In this document: piece by piece, positions 10,357-20,626 of the stretch
Layout of the letters: every line of letters begins with the position of its first letter
Position numbering within the stretch: position 1 is the stretch's first letter
From: Candidatus Latescibacterota bacterium
GTDB lineage: Bacteria > Latescibacterota > UBA2968
DNA: 64,000 nucleotides
Assembly (NCBI GenBank): GCA_965222605.1
Contig: OZ244960.1
Coordinates: 2,304,001-2,368,000 of the forward strand
Reading direction: 5' to 3'
The notes under the pieces: generated by a model
The model's database searches: none
What the model was told of the DNA's origin: nothing
What the model saw: the letters and a program-made list of their open reading frames with translations, nothing else
Program-made: the position numbers and the translations under genes

Positions 10357-12063
10357 CCCGAAAAATTCATAAAAAAGGTAGTTTCCCTATTCAAGTTATT
10401 GTATTATATTAGGTTATACGCATAACCATTGAACAATGAACTTGGGAGAAACTACCGTGAGCACACAAGATAATCATTGCAAGGTTCCTTTGGCAAGCAT
10501 TTTCGGCAAACGTCTCAACCTCGCCTTTGATGGGGGTATTCTCACCAGCGATAGCGGAGCCTTATTGCTTCGAGAAGTGGAGGCCAAAACGGGTATTTTA
10601 TCACGTTTGAGTCGCGCGATTAAAGACCATCGGCATCAAAGTTATGTGGCGCATAGCACGGCAGAGTTGATCAAACAGCGCGTGTTTCAAATTGCCTGTG
10701 GGTATGAAGATGCCAATGATTGCAATGCCTTACGCAGCGATCCCGGCTTCAAGGTTGCCTGTGATCGCTTGCCCATAAGTGGTGAGAACTTGGCCAGTCA
10801 ACCCACGATGAGTCGGTTTGAGAATCAGATGAGCAGAAGCGATTTGTATCGCGTTGCTCGTGCCTTTGTCGATTGTTTTATTGCTTCGTATAAAAAGCCG
10901 CCTTCGTCGATCATCTTAGATATTGATGATACGCAGGATAGGGTTTATGGGACGCAGCAGTTGTCCTTATTCAATGGGTATTTGGGTGCCTACTCCTACC
11001 AGCCTTTGCATATTTATGAAGGGCAATCGGGCAAGCTAATCACGACGATTTTACGTCCGGGTGTGCGTCCTGATGGCAAACAGATTGTCACCATTCTCAA
11101 GCGGTTAGTCGCTTATATTCGTCAGGCTTGGCCAAAGGTGGCACTCTTTTTGCGAGGCGATGCCCACTTCTCAAGTCCAGAAGTCCAGGACTTTTGTGCG
11201 ACAAAGGACCTCTTTTTTATCCTCGGACAAAGTGCCAATACCCGACTCTTAGCCCTTTCAAAGCCCCTGATGGATCAGACCAAAAGCCTTTATGCACAAA
11301 CCGGCAAGCCCGTGCGACTTTTTACCTCATTTTATTACCAAGCCCAGACTTGGGCCTGTGCCAGACGCATCTTATGCAAAGCTGAAATCACCACCCGAGG
11401 CCAAAACACACGCTTTGTCGTGACCAACCTTGAAAGTTCAAGGGCCTCCTTTATCTACCAAAATATCTATTGTGCGCGCGGACAGATGGAAAACTTCATT
11501 AAAAATCACAAAACCTTTCTCCACTCAGACCGCACGTCCTGTCACGCTTTTGGAGCCAATCAGTTCCGCCTCTTCCTCCATTCGGCTGCCTATGTCTTGT
11601 TGCACACCTTAGCGCACATCGGATTACAAGGCACAACGTGGATAAACGCACAGGTCAATACCCTCCAAAATCGTTTCCTTAAAGTCGCCGGACGCGTCTG
11701 TGAGTTGAAAACAAAGATCACCTTCCATCTGCCTATGTCATTTCCATTGCCACACCTTTTTGATAAAATCCTGTGCAATCTGGCAAAGGCGGTGCCATAA
11801 CCCATCAACGGGGAAGGAATAGGGGTCTGTCCCATCACTTGCTGACTTTACAAATACACGGACTTATCCACAGACAGGACTGGCAAGGGACCGGTCTGTA
11901 CTTTTGACACTGGCAGAGCCTGTCAGGGGACGATTTGGGCTGCTTGAACTCTATGAAGACGCCTATGACGGCAGACAAGATAGAAAGCACCCTCATTTTG
12001 ATGCTTGGAACCGATGCCGCCTGACAAACAACCCCAACCATTACAGTTCATGAATTAGTCGGG
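10357..12063 (+). mobile_element. IS1380-family insertion sequence, 1707 bp
   Basis: Imperfect terminal inverted repeats CCCGAAAAATTCATAAAA / GTTCATGAATTAGTCGGG; CTAA duplicated at 10353-10356 and 12064-12067. Confidence 0.92.
10436..11800 (+). CDS. IS1380-family DDE transposase
   Basis: FDGGILTSDSG, GYEDANDC, LASQPTMSRFEN, LDIDDT, LRGDAHF, YCARGQMENFIK motifs. Confidence 0.95.
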   Translation: MNLGETTVSTQDNHCKVPLASIFGKRLNLAFDGGILTSDSGALLLREVEAKTGILSRLSRAIKDHRHQSYVAHSTAELIKQRVFQIACGYEDANDCNALRSDPGFKVACDRLPISGENLASQPTMSRFENQMSRSDLYRVARAFVDCFIASYKKPPSSIILDIDDTQDRVYGTQQLSLFNGYLGAYSYQPLHIYEGQSGKLITTILRPGVRPDGKQIVTILKRLVAYIRQAWPKVALFLRGDAHFSSPEVQDFCATKDLFFILGQSANTRLLALSKPLMDQTKSLYAQTGKPVRLFTSFYYQAQTWACARRILCKAEITTRGQNTRFVVTNLESSRASFIYQNIYCARGQMENFIKNHKTFLHSDRTSCHAFGANQFRLFLHSAAYVLLHTLAHIGLQGTTWINAQVNTLQNRFLKVAGRVCELKTKITFHLPMSFPLPHLFDKILCNLAKAVP

Positions 12064-15000
12064 CTAAGTGGCAACGACAGGAACCTTTCCGAGGACGGTT
12101 ATCGCAATGCGCAAGCATTCACAACCGGCACCTGGGCGCGGGTCACATCGATCGGAATCGGGATTGGAGATGAAGTCGATGACGACTTCGAGGTCACGTT
12201 GCACGAGGAGCGCGAGGACGGGGAAGACTATCCTGGCGACAGACTGAAAACTCTGGAGCACCCCTCGAGCATCACGCCGAATTCGGTCAATGTGTTCACC
12301 GTTCCCGATGGCGGCATCGTGCTGGAGGGATCGAAAACGTACTTCGTGCAGGTCAAAACGACATCGAGCGACAGGGTAGCCGTTTCCGTAACCGATACCG
12401 ATTCCGACGGCAACGACGAAGACGCCGGGGGCGCTAAGAATTGGACCATCGATAATGGTTCGTGGATAAACAGTCCTTTGGCCGGTAGTTGGCAAGGCAG
12501 TAATCAGTCGACGCGAATCGACATCAAGGGGCAGGTGCTCCTGGCCACGCCCGGGAACGTGACCGCGCGGGCCGTGGCGCCGATGCGGGTCACGCTCGAA
12601 TGGGACAGGACCTTGCCGTCTCTAACAGGCCCAATCGATCGCGACGACGGCTACAGGATCGAATGGTCCCCCGACGGCAGCACGTCGTGGACATCGCTGG
12701 TCAACTACACGAACCAGCACGGGACGTTCGAAATCTGGTGCGTGTGCTACCCCACGAAATACAACGACGACACCATCACGCCCGGCACCACGCGCTACTA
12801 CCGGATCAAGGCCGTTGACGACGACGAGGAGAGCGCCTGGTCCGAGGTGGTCAGCGCCACGACGCCGGGGCTGGTGGACTCCGAGGAACTGGTGGGTTCC
12901 GACGGAGGACAGATCGAGTTTGGCGCGGTGGTTTCGGAACTCGACGCGCTCAACGATCAGAAGGTGTTCCGAGTCGATCTGAAGGCGAGCGAGCAATACC
13001 GGTTCATGATCCGCGGGAAGGCGCCGAAGCACCGGGTGATCGTGACCGATCCGGGCGGCACGGAGATCGAGAACTTCGTGCTGGAATCGGGCAACGGTCT
13101 CAAACCGAGAATCACGGCGCAGAGCGCAGGCGAACACCAGGTCAAGATCTCGCATGGCGGGGGTTTCAGCACCTGGAGCGGGGGCCTGAACGCGGGATGG
13201 TTCCAGTTCCAGCTCGTGCCGGTGAGCGACCCGGCGGTGGGTACGCTGCGTCTGCCAACCCCTTCCGCCTTAAGTGCGGTACTGAACACCTACGGCGACG
13301 TTGACCGGGCCGAAATCGCAGTGCAGCCGGGCAAGGCGTATGGCGTCCGGGTCCGGGGCCGCGAGACGAATAACGTCACGGCCGCGACGCCGCGGATCAA
13401 GCGCGCAAATCCGCCGTCGAAGTACACCGATCACCACATGGGCAAGCCGTGGGTGGACGGCGTGACCAAGTCGGAGATCTGCGCAGAACACGGCCAGTCG
13501 AGCAGAGACTGCGAAGAATTCCAGGCCTTCGTCATCGACCTGCGTGGACTTACCGGGGCGGAGCAGACGTTTCAGATCTACGTCGCTCCGACGGCGCGCC
13601 CCGACACGCGGCCGTACCGTGTGGGCACCTACAGGGTTGAACTCAAGGAGCTTTTGCCCAGTCAACTGCAGGGCGTGCGGATGCCGCTGCGGGCGTGGTT
13701 CGCGTCGCCGCCAGATCAGCACGACGGGTCGAAGGCGATCAAGGTCCGGGTGGCGTTCAGCGAGGCGCCTGAGAACGTGGGCGCGGACGGCGTGGAAGTC
13801 GAGGGCGGCGAAGTGACGTCGGTGCGCCCCGTAGGCGGCAATGCGCCGGGCGGCGCAGGGAAACGCTCGGTGGGCGGCCAGGACGGGGAGGTCGTGTGGG
13901 AGATCGAGATCGAGCCGGACTCGGACGGTGACGTGACGGTGTCGCTGGCGGCGTGGCGCCCGTGCGACGAGACGGGCGCGATCTGCACGGCGGACGGGCG
14001 GTCGCTGTCGCAGGACATCTCGACGACGGTGCGGGGTCTGGACGAGGGTCCGGCGGAGCTGACGGCGTCGTTCGAGGGCGTGCCGTCGGAGCATGACGGG
14101 CAGACGGCGTTCACGCTCAGGATGGCGTTCAGCGAGCCGCTCAGCAGGATGAACGGCCAGCGGTTGCGGGAGGACGTCGTGGCGGTGACCGGGGGCCGGG
14201 CGACGAAGGCCAGCCGGGTGAACAGGCGCAGGGATCTGTGGCAGCTAACGGTCGAGCCGGACTCGGACGGTGACGTGACGGTGACGCTCGCGGCCGGGGC
14301 GGCGTGCGGCACCCCGGCCGCGATCTGCACGGCTGACGGACGGCCGTTGTCGGTGAGCATCTCGACGGCGGTGCGGGGTCCGGCGGCAGATGAGCAAGAG
14401 TCGCCCGGAACCGGCCAGGATCAGGATCTCGGGCAGAGCGTCTCGGAGGGCGACACAGACCTGCCCAACGACAATTCCACCCCCGGACGGGTCGCAGTTG
14501 GTGGCTCGGTCACGGGCACCATCGGGATCCCTAAGGATCAGGACAGGTTCGCCGTCGATCTCCAAGCGGGGCGCACCTACCAGTTCGACCTGACGGGCAG
14601 CCCGGGCGGGGGCGACACGCTTCGCGACACCTATTTCCGGGCGATCTACAACAGCGAGGGACGCTACCAGTCCGGCAGCTACAACGACGACTTCGGGGGC
14701 AGCCGTGATAGCCGCGTGACGTTCACGCCAACGCAGAGCGGGACCTATTACGCGCGGGTATCGGGCGACCGGAACGAGACGGGGACCTACACGTTGTCGG
14801 TGACCGACATCACAGGCCCGGCGTCCAAGCCGACGGTCGCGTCCGAGCCGCCGGGCCTGGCGCCCAACGCGCCCAACCCCTTCAACCCCAGCACCGTCAT
14901 CTCCTATCGCCTGAACGCAGACGGACCGGTGCGCCTGGAGATCTACAACCTCCTCGGGCAGCGCATACGCACCCTGGTGGACGAGGTGCAGGCCGCCGGT

Positions 15001-15164
15001 GCCTACCGGGTGCAGTGGGACGCCCGCGACGCAGCGGGGCGGCACGTGTCCACGGGAATTTACTTCACGCGCCTGCACTATCCCGGCGGCGTACACACCC
15101 GGCGCATACTCTTCCTCAAGTAGAGCCTGCCTACTTGCAAAGCGTCCGATACCTCACGGCTCAC

Positions 15165-16447
15165 CTAACAGCCCGTGAAGCCCACATGCTTTAGCTGTGG
15201 GAGTGTAAGTGGCTCTCCCGTTATAGCTTTAGCGTATAACAAGGCTGGAAAACCACCTTGATGACCGAAAATATATTGAGTATATTTCTCAACATGAAAC
15301 TGACACTTCAAATACAACTGTTACCGGACGCCAATACAGGCGAGAAGCTAAAAGCTACTGTTGAGCGGTTCAACGAAGCTGCCAATTGGCTTGCTCCGAA
15401 GGCTTATGAGCGCAAGCTGGCGAATAAGTTTGCACTACAAAAGCTATACTACAAGGACTTGCGTAGCCAATTCGGATTGTCCGCACAAATGACTATTCGC
15501 TGTATTGCTCAAGTCGTTGAAGCATACAAGCGGGACAAAAAGGGGCAGCCGTCGTTCCGTCGCCATGCTGCTATGCCCTACGATCAGCGACTGTATAGCT
15601 TTAAGGGCATAGACAAAGTATCTCTGCTTACCCTTGAAGGCCGCGTGTTTGTGCCAATGTTGATGGGCAACTATCAGCGTGAGCAGTTCGGCTATGCCAA
15701 AGGACAGGCAGACCTTGTGTTGCGTAAAGACGGAAAGTGGTTCTTGCTTGTCTCTGTAAATGTCCCTGATGGCACACCAATACCCACGACTGACTTTATT
15801 GGCGTTGATCTCGGTACAACAAACCTTGCAGTGACAGACGATGGTGAAACATTCTCCGGCGACACTGTTGAAAATGTCCGACAGAAGATGCACGATCTGA
15901 AAAAGTCGCTCCAGCAGAAAGCGTCTGCCCTTGTCAAGCAAGGCAAGAGACCCAAGAATGTCCGTAGAAAACTCTCTGTTATCTCTGGCAGAGAGAGTAG
16001 GTTTCGCAGAAATACCAACCATATCATTTCCAAACGCATCGTTGAGAAGGCTAAAGACACTGGCAAGGCCATTGCCCTTGAAGACTTGAAAGGCATACGC
16101 AAGAGCCAGAAACGGTTTCGCAAGCCTCAGCGTGCTAAAATGTCTGGGTGGTCTTTCTTCCAACTCCGCATATTCGTCGAATACAAGGCAAAGCGTGCTG
16201 GTATCCACATAGAACCTGTGGATCCGAAATACACCAGCCAAACTTGTGCCGAGTGTGGACATTGTGAGAAAGGCAATAGACATACCCAGGCATCCTTCCT
16301 GTGCAAACAGTGTGGTCATAAAGACCATGCTGACCGCAACGCCGCTCGGAATATCCGAGCAAGGGCTTTGTGTCAACAAGCCTAAAGTTGCCGAGTGCAT
16401 TTATGCACGAGCGACAAGCCCAACTGCTTCAGCGTTGGGTAGTTGAC
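15165..16447 (+). mobile_element. IS200/IS605-family tnpB-only element (IS1341-like)
   Basis: Left end follows TCAC (15161-15164) with GAAG plus hairpin CCCACA..TGTGGG; right end CAAG plus hairpin CCCAAC..GTTGGG, ending TGAC at 16447; no tnpA. Confidence 0.8.
15294..16385 (+). CDS. tnpB: RNA-guided endonuclease TnpB
   Basis: RuvC I IGVDLG, RuvC II IALEDL, Zn finger CAECG..CKQCG, RuvC III ADRNAARNI. Confidence 0.92.
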   Translation: MKLTLQIQLLPDANTGEKLKATVERFNEAANWLAPKAYERKLANKFALQKLYYKDLRSQFGLSAQMTIRCIAQVVEAYKRDKKGQPSFRRHAAMPYDQRLYSFKGIDKVSLLTLEGRVFVPMLMGNYQREQFGYAKGQADLVLRKDGKWFLLVSVNVPDGTPIPTTDFIGVDLGTTNLAVTDDGETFSGDTVENVRQKMHDLKKSLQQKASALVKQGKRPKNVRRKLSVISGRESRFRRNTNHIISKRIVEKAKDTGKAIALEDLKGIRKSQKRFRKPQRAKMSGWSFFQLRIFVEYKAKRAGIHIEPVDPKYTSQTCAECGHCEKGNRHTQASFLCKQCGHKDHADRNAARNIRARALCQQA

Positions 16448-16477
16448 TTTTTTTATGCGCTGAAACGCGCGGCTCTG

Positions 16478-16530
16478 GTCCCCCGCCCCGGTTCCATCTC
16501 CTGATTCTACTCCACGCACAAAAATTCCTT
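16478..16530 (+). repeat. Right copy of the 49-bp / 23-bp direct repeat
   Basis: Matches 3491-3539 and 2844-2866. Confidence 0.8.
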
Positions 16531-16587
16531 CATTTCTGAAAAATAGTGATTATATTCTGCGACTGACTATTGACCCGGAGGTGGATT

Positions 16588-17439
16588 ATGTCAAAAAATT
16601 GGTTACGCGTTGCCGCATGTCAGATGCATGCCGATGAAAACATCGAAAAAAACACATGTGGAATTATCGACCGCCTGAACACCTGTGCGAGTGAAAAAGT
16701 GGATATAGCCGCATTTCACGAAGGAATTTTATACGGCTATAGCAACTGCCCCGATTTTTGGTCAAACCTGGATCAAACGCGCATTGAAAAAGCCGAACGG
16801 CAAATTATACAGGTATGCCGTGAAAAAGGCATTGCCGCAATCGTCGGCTCAACCCATCTCGAAGATGGACAACGCTACAACAGCTTACTCGTCATAGATC
16901 GAGATGGCACCGTGCGGGGACGATATGGCAAAATACATCTGGCGGGAGAACAATGGTGTGAACCCGCGCAACACCTGCCCATTTACGAGTTGTGTGGCAT
17001 CCCCTGTTGTTTTCTAATCTGTCACGATATTCGATATCCCGAACTCGTGAGATTGCCCGCCGCGGCAGGTGCAAAAATCTGCTTCTTCTCCAGTTGTGAA
17101 AGCTCTGTCACCTCAGAGCACAAATTGTCGGCCTATCGCGCCATGCCCATCAGCCGCGCAACCGAAAATGATATTTACGTCGTCATGGCAAACGCCCCCG
17201 CCGACCCCTCAGATATCAACCGCGCGGGGTCTTCCCACGGGGAATCAAAAATCATCCACCCAAATGGCAACGTCATGGCCGAAGCCGGCATATTCACGGA
17301 TGAAATTATAATCCGCAAATTAGATCTCCATCAGGCATCGCGAAACATCGCATTGCGAGCCGTGAATGACATAACGCGCTTGCGCGAATGGATGAAAGAC
17401 GGCGTGAAGTTAGTAGATTGTGAAAAGGAGCATGTATGA
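16588..17439 (+). CDS. Carbon-nitrogen hydrolase (nitrilase superfamily)
   Basis: GGAGGTGG RBS; FHE, YGKIHL, ICHDIRYPE giving the E-K-C triad; RATENDIYVV. Confidence 0.9.
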   Translation: MSKNWLRVAACQMHADENIEKNTCGIIDRLNTCASEKVDIAAFHEGILYGYSNCPDFWSNLDQTRIEKAERQIIQVCREKGIAAIVGSTHLEDGQRYNSLLVIDRDGTVRGRYGKIHLAGEQWCEPAQHLPIYELCGIPCCFLICHDIRYPELVRLPAAAGAKICFFSSCESSVTSEHKLSAYRAMPISRATENDIYVVMANAPADPSDINRAGSSHGESKIIHPNGNVMAEAGIFTDEIIIRKLDLHQASRNIALRAVNDITRLREWMKDGVKLVDCEKEHV

Positions 17440-18893
17440 AAGGAACGAAACCAAACATCTTATGGATCTGCACGGACCAGCAGCGATATGACACCATTGG
17501 TGCATTGGGCAACCCCCATGTAGATACCCCCAATATCGACCGGCTAATCGCCGAAGGATTTGCATTTACCCATGCGTATTGCCAGAGTCCGATTTGTACA
17601 CCGAGTCGGACGAGTTTTTTGACCGGACAATACGCCAGCGCCGTACATGTAAACGGCAATGGCAACTCGCATTTCCCAGACGCGCCGCCGCTGGTCACCA
17701 AAATGCTCGCAGACAATGGCTACGATTGCGGGCTAATTGGCAAATTGCACTTATCGAGCGCATTCGGGCGCATTGAAAAACGGGTAGATGACGGATATCG
17801 ATACTGGCAATACAGCCACGCGCCGCGGGACGATTGGGAAACCGGACACGATTATGCCGACTGGGTGCGATCAAAAGGCGAGATATTGGGCGAACTGACC
17901 AAAAGTCCCGATGGCGTACCTGCAGAATTGCACCAGACAACGTGGTGCGCGGAAAAAACCATCGAATTTTTGAGCGAACAGCGCGATGGACCCTGGTTGG
18001 CCTCTGTGAACATCTACGACCCGCATCCGCCATTTAACCCGCCCAAAACGTACCGCGATATGTTCGACCCCGAACAGGTAAATGGCCCGCTATTTCGAGA
18101 AAGCGACCTCGCGCAACAAGAAAAATTGGAAGCCATCGATTTTCAGTCCAAAGGGCGGCATCCCGACGCCCTGGATATCGGAAGCCCCGTGATTTCCAAG
18201 ACGCCGACGCGCGGACTGCGCGAGTCAGAGACAGCCGGAAAACGCGATGCAAAAACCCTGATCGCCGCCTATTATGCCATGATCAAATTGATCGACGATC
18301 AACTCGGGCGCATAATTACAGCACTGGAAAAAACCGGACAGCGCGACAACACATTGGTTATCTTCACCAGCGACCACGGAGAAACCCTGGGAGACCATGG
18401 ACTAATCCAAAAGGGATGCCGTTTTTACGAAGGACTGGTGCGCGTACCGCTAATTTTTTCCTGGCCGGGTCACGTAAAATCGGGACAAAAAAGCGATGCA
18501 CTCATCGAATTGCGCGACATTGCCCCCCTCTTATTGGAACTCGCTGGCATAGAAGTGCCCGAGCGAATGCAACCGCGCTCTTTATTGCCCATCCTCAGCG
18601 GCGATCACCCCCCCGACGAACACCGCGATTTTGTGCGCTGTGAATATTACGATGCACTCGATCAATCCGACGGTACTTTTGCCACAATGTATCGCAACCG
18701 GCGGTACAAACTCGTGGTCTATCACGGGCACGGCCTGGGCGAACTTTACGACTTACAGGAGGATGCAGAGGAATTTGACAATCTGTGGGACAGTCCCGAT
18801 CATGTAGATATAAAACTCGATTTGATGCAGCGCAGTTTTGATGCGTCAATGCTCGCAATGGATAGAGGTCCAGAACGCATTGGACCGATGTAA
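17436..18893 (+). CDS. Sulfatase (Cys-type formylglycine)
   Basis: PNILWICTDQQR, CTPSRTSFLTG, GKLH, DPHPP, TSDHG motifs. Confidence 0.93.
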   Translation: MKGTKPNILWICTDQQRYDTIGALGNPHVDTPNIDRLIAEGFAFTHAYCQSPICTPSRTSFLTGQYASAVHVNGNGNSHFPDAPPLVTKMLADNGYDCGLIGKLHLSSAFGRIEKRVDDGYRYWQYSHAPRDDWETGHDYADWVRSKGEILGELTKSPDGVPAELHQTTWCAEKTIEFLSEQRDGPWLASVNIYDPHPPFNPPKTYRDMFDPEQVNGPLFRESDLAQQEKLEAIDFQSKGRHPDALDIGSPVISKTPTRGLRESETAGKRDAKTLIAAYYAMIKLIDDQLGRIITALEKTGQRDNTLVIFTSDHGETLGDHGLIQKGCRFYEGLVRVPLIFSWPGHVKSGQKSDALIELRDIAPLLLELAGIEVPERMQPRSLLPILSGDHPPDEHRDFVRCEYYDALDQSDGTFATMYRNRRYKLVVYHGHGLGELYDLQEDAEEFDNLWDSPDHVDIKLDLMQRSFDASMLAMDRGPERIGPM

Positions 18894-18928
18894 AAATACA
18901 GGTGAGATCATCGTCGCGGAGGTGTTAT

Positions 18929-19795
18929 ATGGCAAAAAAAGCAGTTCAAAAACCAAAAATTAAAATCATGGCAGCAGACTGGTCATTGAGAGATTACCCA
19001 TCTGCGAGAAACCCGTGGTCTATTCAGACCAAAGTGCGGAGAGTGAAAGAAGCGGGATTTCACGGCATGTCGTCTGGAGCCGACGCGGAGTTAGCCGCCG
19101 AACTGCACAACAATAAATTGGAAATGGTAGGCGGGGTAGATGTGGGCAGCAAGAAAGAAGCCGATGAAAAAATGAAAGCATTTGCCGATATAGGCGTGGT
19201 TCACATCAATGTGCAGCTATGCGATCACGATACGCGCACAAAAGATGCGGTAAAAGTCGCGCGAGCTGTCGTCAAAGCCGGCAAAAAGCACAGAGTCACA
19301 CCCGCAATCGAGATCCATCGCGACACATGTACAGAAACACCGGAAAAGGCTTATGCACTCGCCGATGCGTACAAAAAGAAATACAAAAAGAAACTGAGAA
19401 TGAACTTCGACCATTCGCACCCGGCAATCATCAAACAACTGCGTCCGAACGAATACTGGGAGCGATTGTCGGAGCGCATCGACCTCTTACAAATGCACGA
19501 ACTCATCCATTTTCGCCCCTTTACGGGCAGCCACTGTCAAACCCCGGTGACAAATGGCAAAGGGCGATTGGATCGCGATTTCAAAATCTGGTTGACGAAT
19601 TATCTCGAACCCGCCCTCGATGCGTGGTTACAGGGCGCGAAACCGGGCAAAACGCTCTATATTGTACCCGAACTGGGACCACAAGGCTCTGGATACGCGC
19701 TTGCCTGTTTCCCCGACATCTGGCAGGATGCCATTCGAGAAAAAAATGAGATCATAAAAGTCTGGCGCAGGCTGATGAGAAATTGGAATCAATAA
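18929..19795 (+). CDS. Xylose-isomerase-like TIM barrel protein
   Basis: AGFHG, IEIHR, NFDHSH, PELGP..Y pattern. Confidence 0.7.
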   Translation: MAKKAVQKPKIKIMAADWSLRDYPSARNPWSIQTKVRRVKEAGFHGMSSGADAELAAELHNNKLEMVGGVDVGSKKEADEKMKAFADIGVVHINVQLCDHDTRTKDAVKVARAVVKAGKKHRVTPAIEIHRDTCTETPEKAYALADAYKKKYKKKLRMNFDHSHPAIIKQLRPNEYWERLSERIDLLQMHELIHFRPFTGSHCQTPVTNGKGRLDRDFKIWLTNYLEPALDAWLQGAKPGKTLYIVPELGPQGSGYALACFPDIWQDAIREKNEIIKVWRRLMRNWNQ

Positions 19796-19808
19796 ATGGA
19801 GATATAAT

Positions 19809-20588
19809 ATGTCAAATCGCGATGGGCAAATCTTGATCGGCTCCATATTGCTGGACCTCAATCGCTGGGGCAATCCCAAAACGCCATCTTATAAAGTAAG
19901 CGACTGGACTGACCGATTTCGGGAAGCCGGATTTGACGGGATGGAACTCTGGGAATATCACGCCACATTGTGTTCAGATGCCGAGCGCAAAAAATTGCTA
20001 TCCTCTAATTTTCCCGCAACGATCTACAATACCTATTGCGATTTTGATGATACCTCTGCCGATGCGCGACAACACGCGGCAGAAATGATCGGCCTATTCG
20101 GTTCAGCCGGTGTGAAATTCAACGTGGGCAAAGACCCTGTCCTGCGCGAAACCTATTTGAACAATTTGCGCGCCTGGCGCGAACAAGTCCCGCAAACCTG
20201 TACATTGCTCTGCGAATGTCACCCGGGCACAATAGTTGAAGACCCCGATGCAGCCAGGGCATTCTTTGACGACCTGGGCATTGATGGCTGGGAAATCATC
20301 GTACACTGTTTCATCCCCGAAATGGATGTCTTAAAGCGATGGTTTGACCTCTTTGGTCCCAAAGTCACGCACGCCCACACCCAATTGCGCGATGAAAACA
20401 GCAATGTCCATTTGCTTCACGACCATCCCAAACGCGCTCAAACGGCACTGGCACTAATGGCGGAATACAAATTCACCGGCTCCATAACCGTCGAATTTTC
20501 CAAAGGAACGCGCGAACCCGGCGAAAACATGGCCGACCTCTGGACAGCAGCAAGGGCCGACCTATCGTTCTTGCGAGCACATGTCTGA
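19809..20588 (+). CDS. Sugar phosphate isomerase/epimerase-family TIM barrel protein
   Basis: AGFDGMELW, CECHPGT, THAH, TVEF motifs. Confidence 0.75.
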   Translation: MSNRDGQILIGSILLDLNRWGNPKTPSYKVSDWTDRFREAGFDGMELWEYHATLCSDAERKKLLSSNFPATIYNTYCDFDDTSADARQHAAEMIGLFGSAGVKFNVGKDPVLRETYLNNLRAWREQVPQTCTLLCECHPGTIVEDPDAARAFFDDLGIDGWEIIVHCFIPEMDVLKRWFDLFGPKVTHAHTQLRDENSNVHLLHDHPKRAQTALALMAEYKFTGSITVEFSKGTREPGENMADLWTAARADLSFLRAHV

Positions 20589-20626
20589 TTTTTTAACGTA
20601 ATACCCAATCTCGAATGGAGTAATAA

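Larger units (their letters stand above)
9852..15123 (+). pseudogene. Secreted surface protein of about 1186 aa (choice-of-anchor-R-like, FnIII, PPC-like, duplicated Cys-pair domain, FlgD/T9SS-A CTD) interrupted by IS1380
   Basis: Removing the IS and one CTAA joins 9852-10356 in frame to 12068-15123 (LVKNTSL|SGNDR...AQAFTTG...VTLHEERED); C-terminus ends NAPNPFNPST...ILFLK. Confidence 0.85.

Noticed and set aside
15294-16385. TnpB as a Cas12f CRISPR effector
   Set aside because: No array or cas genes nearby; flanked by IS200/IS605-type ends
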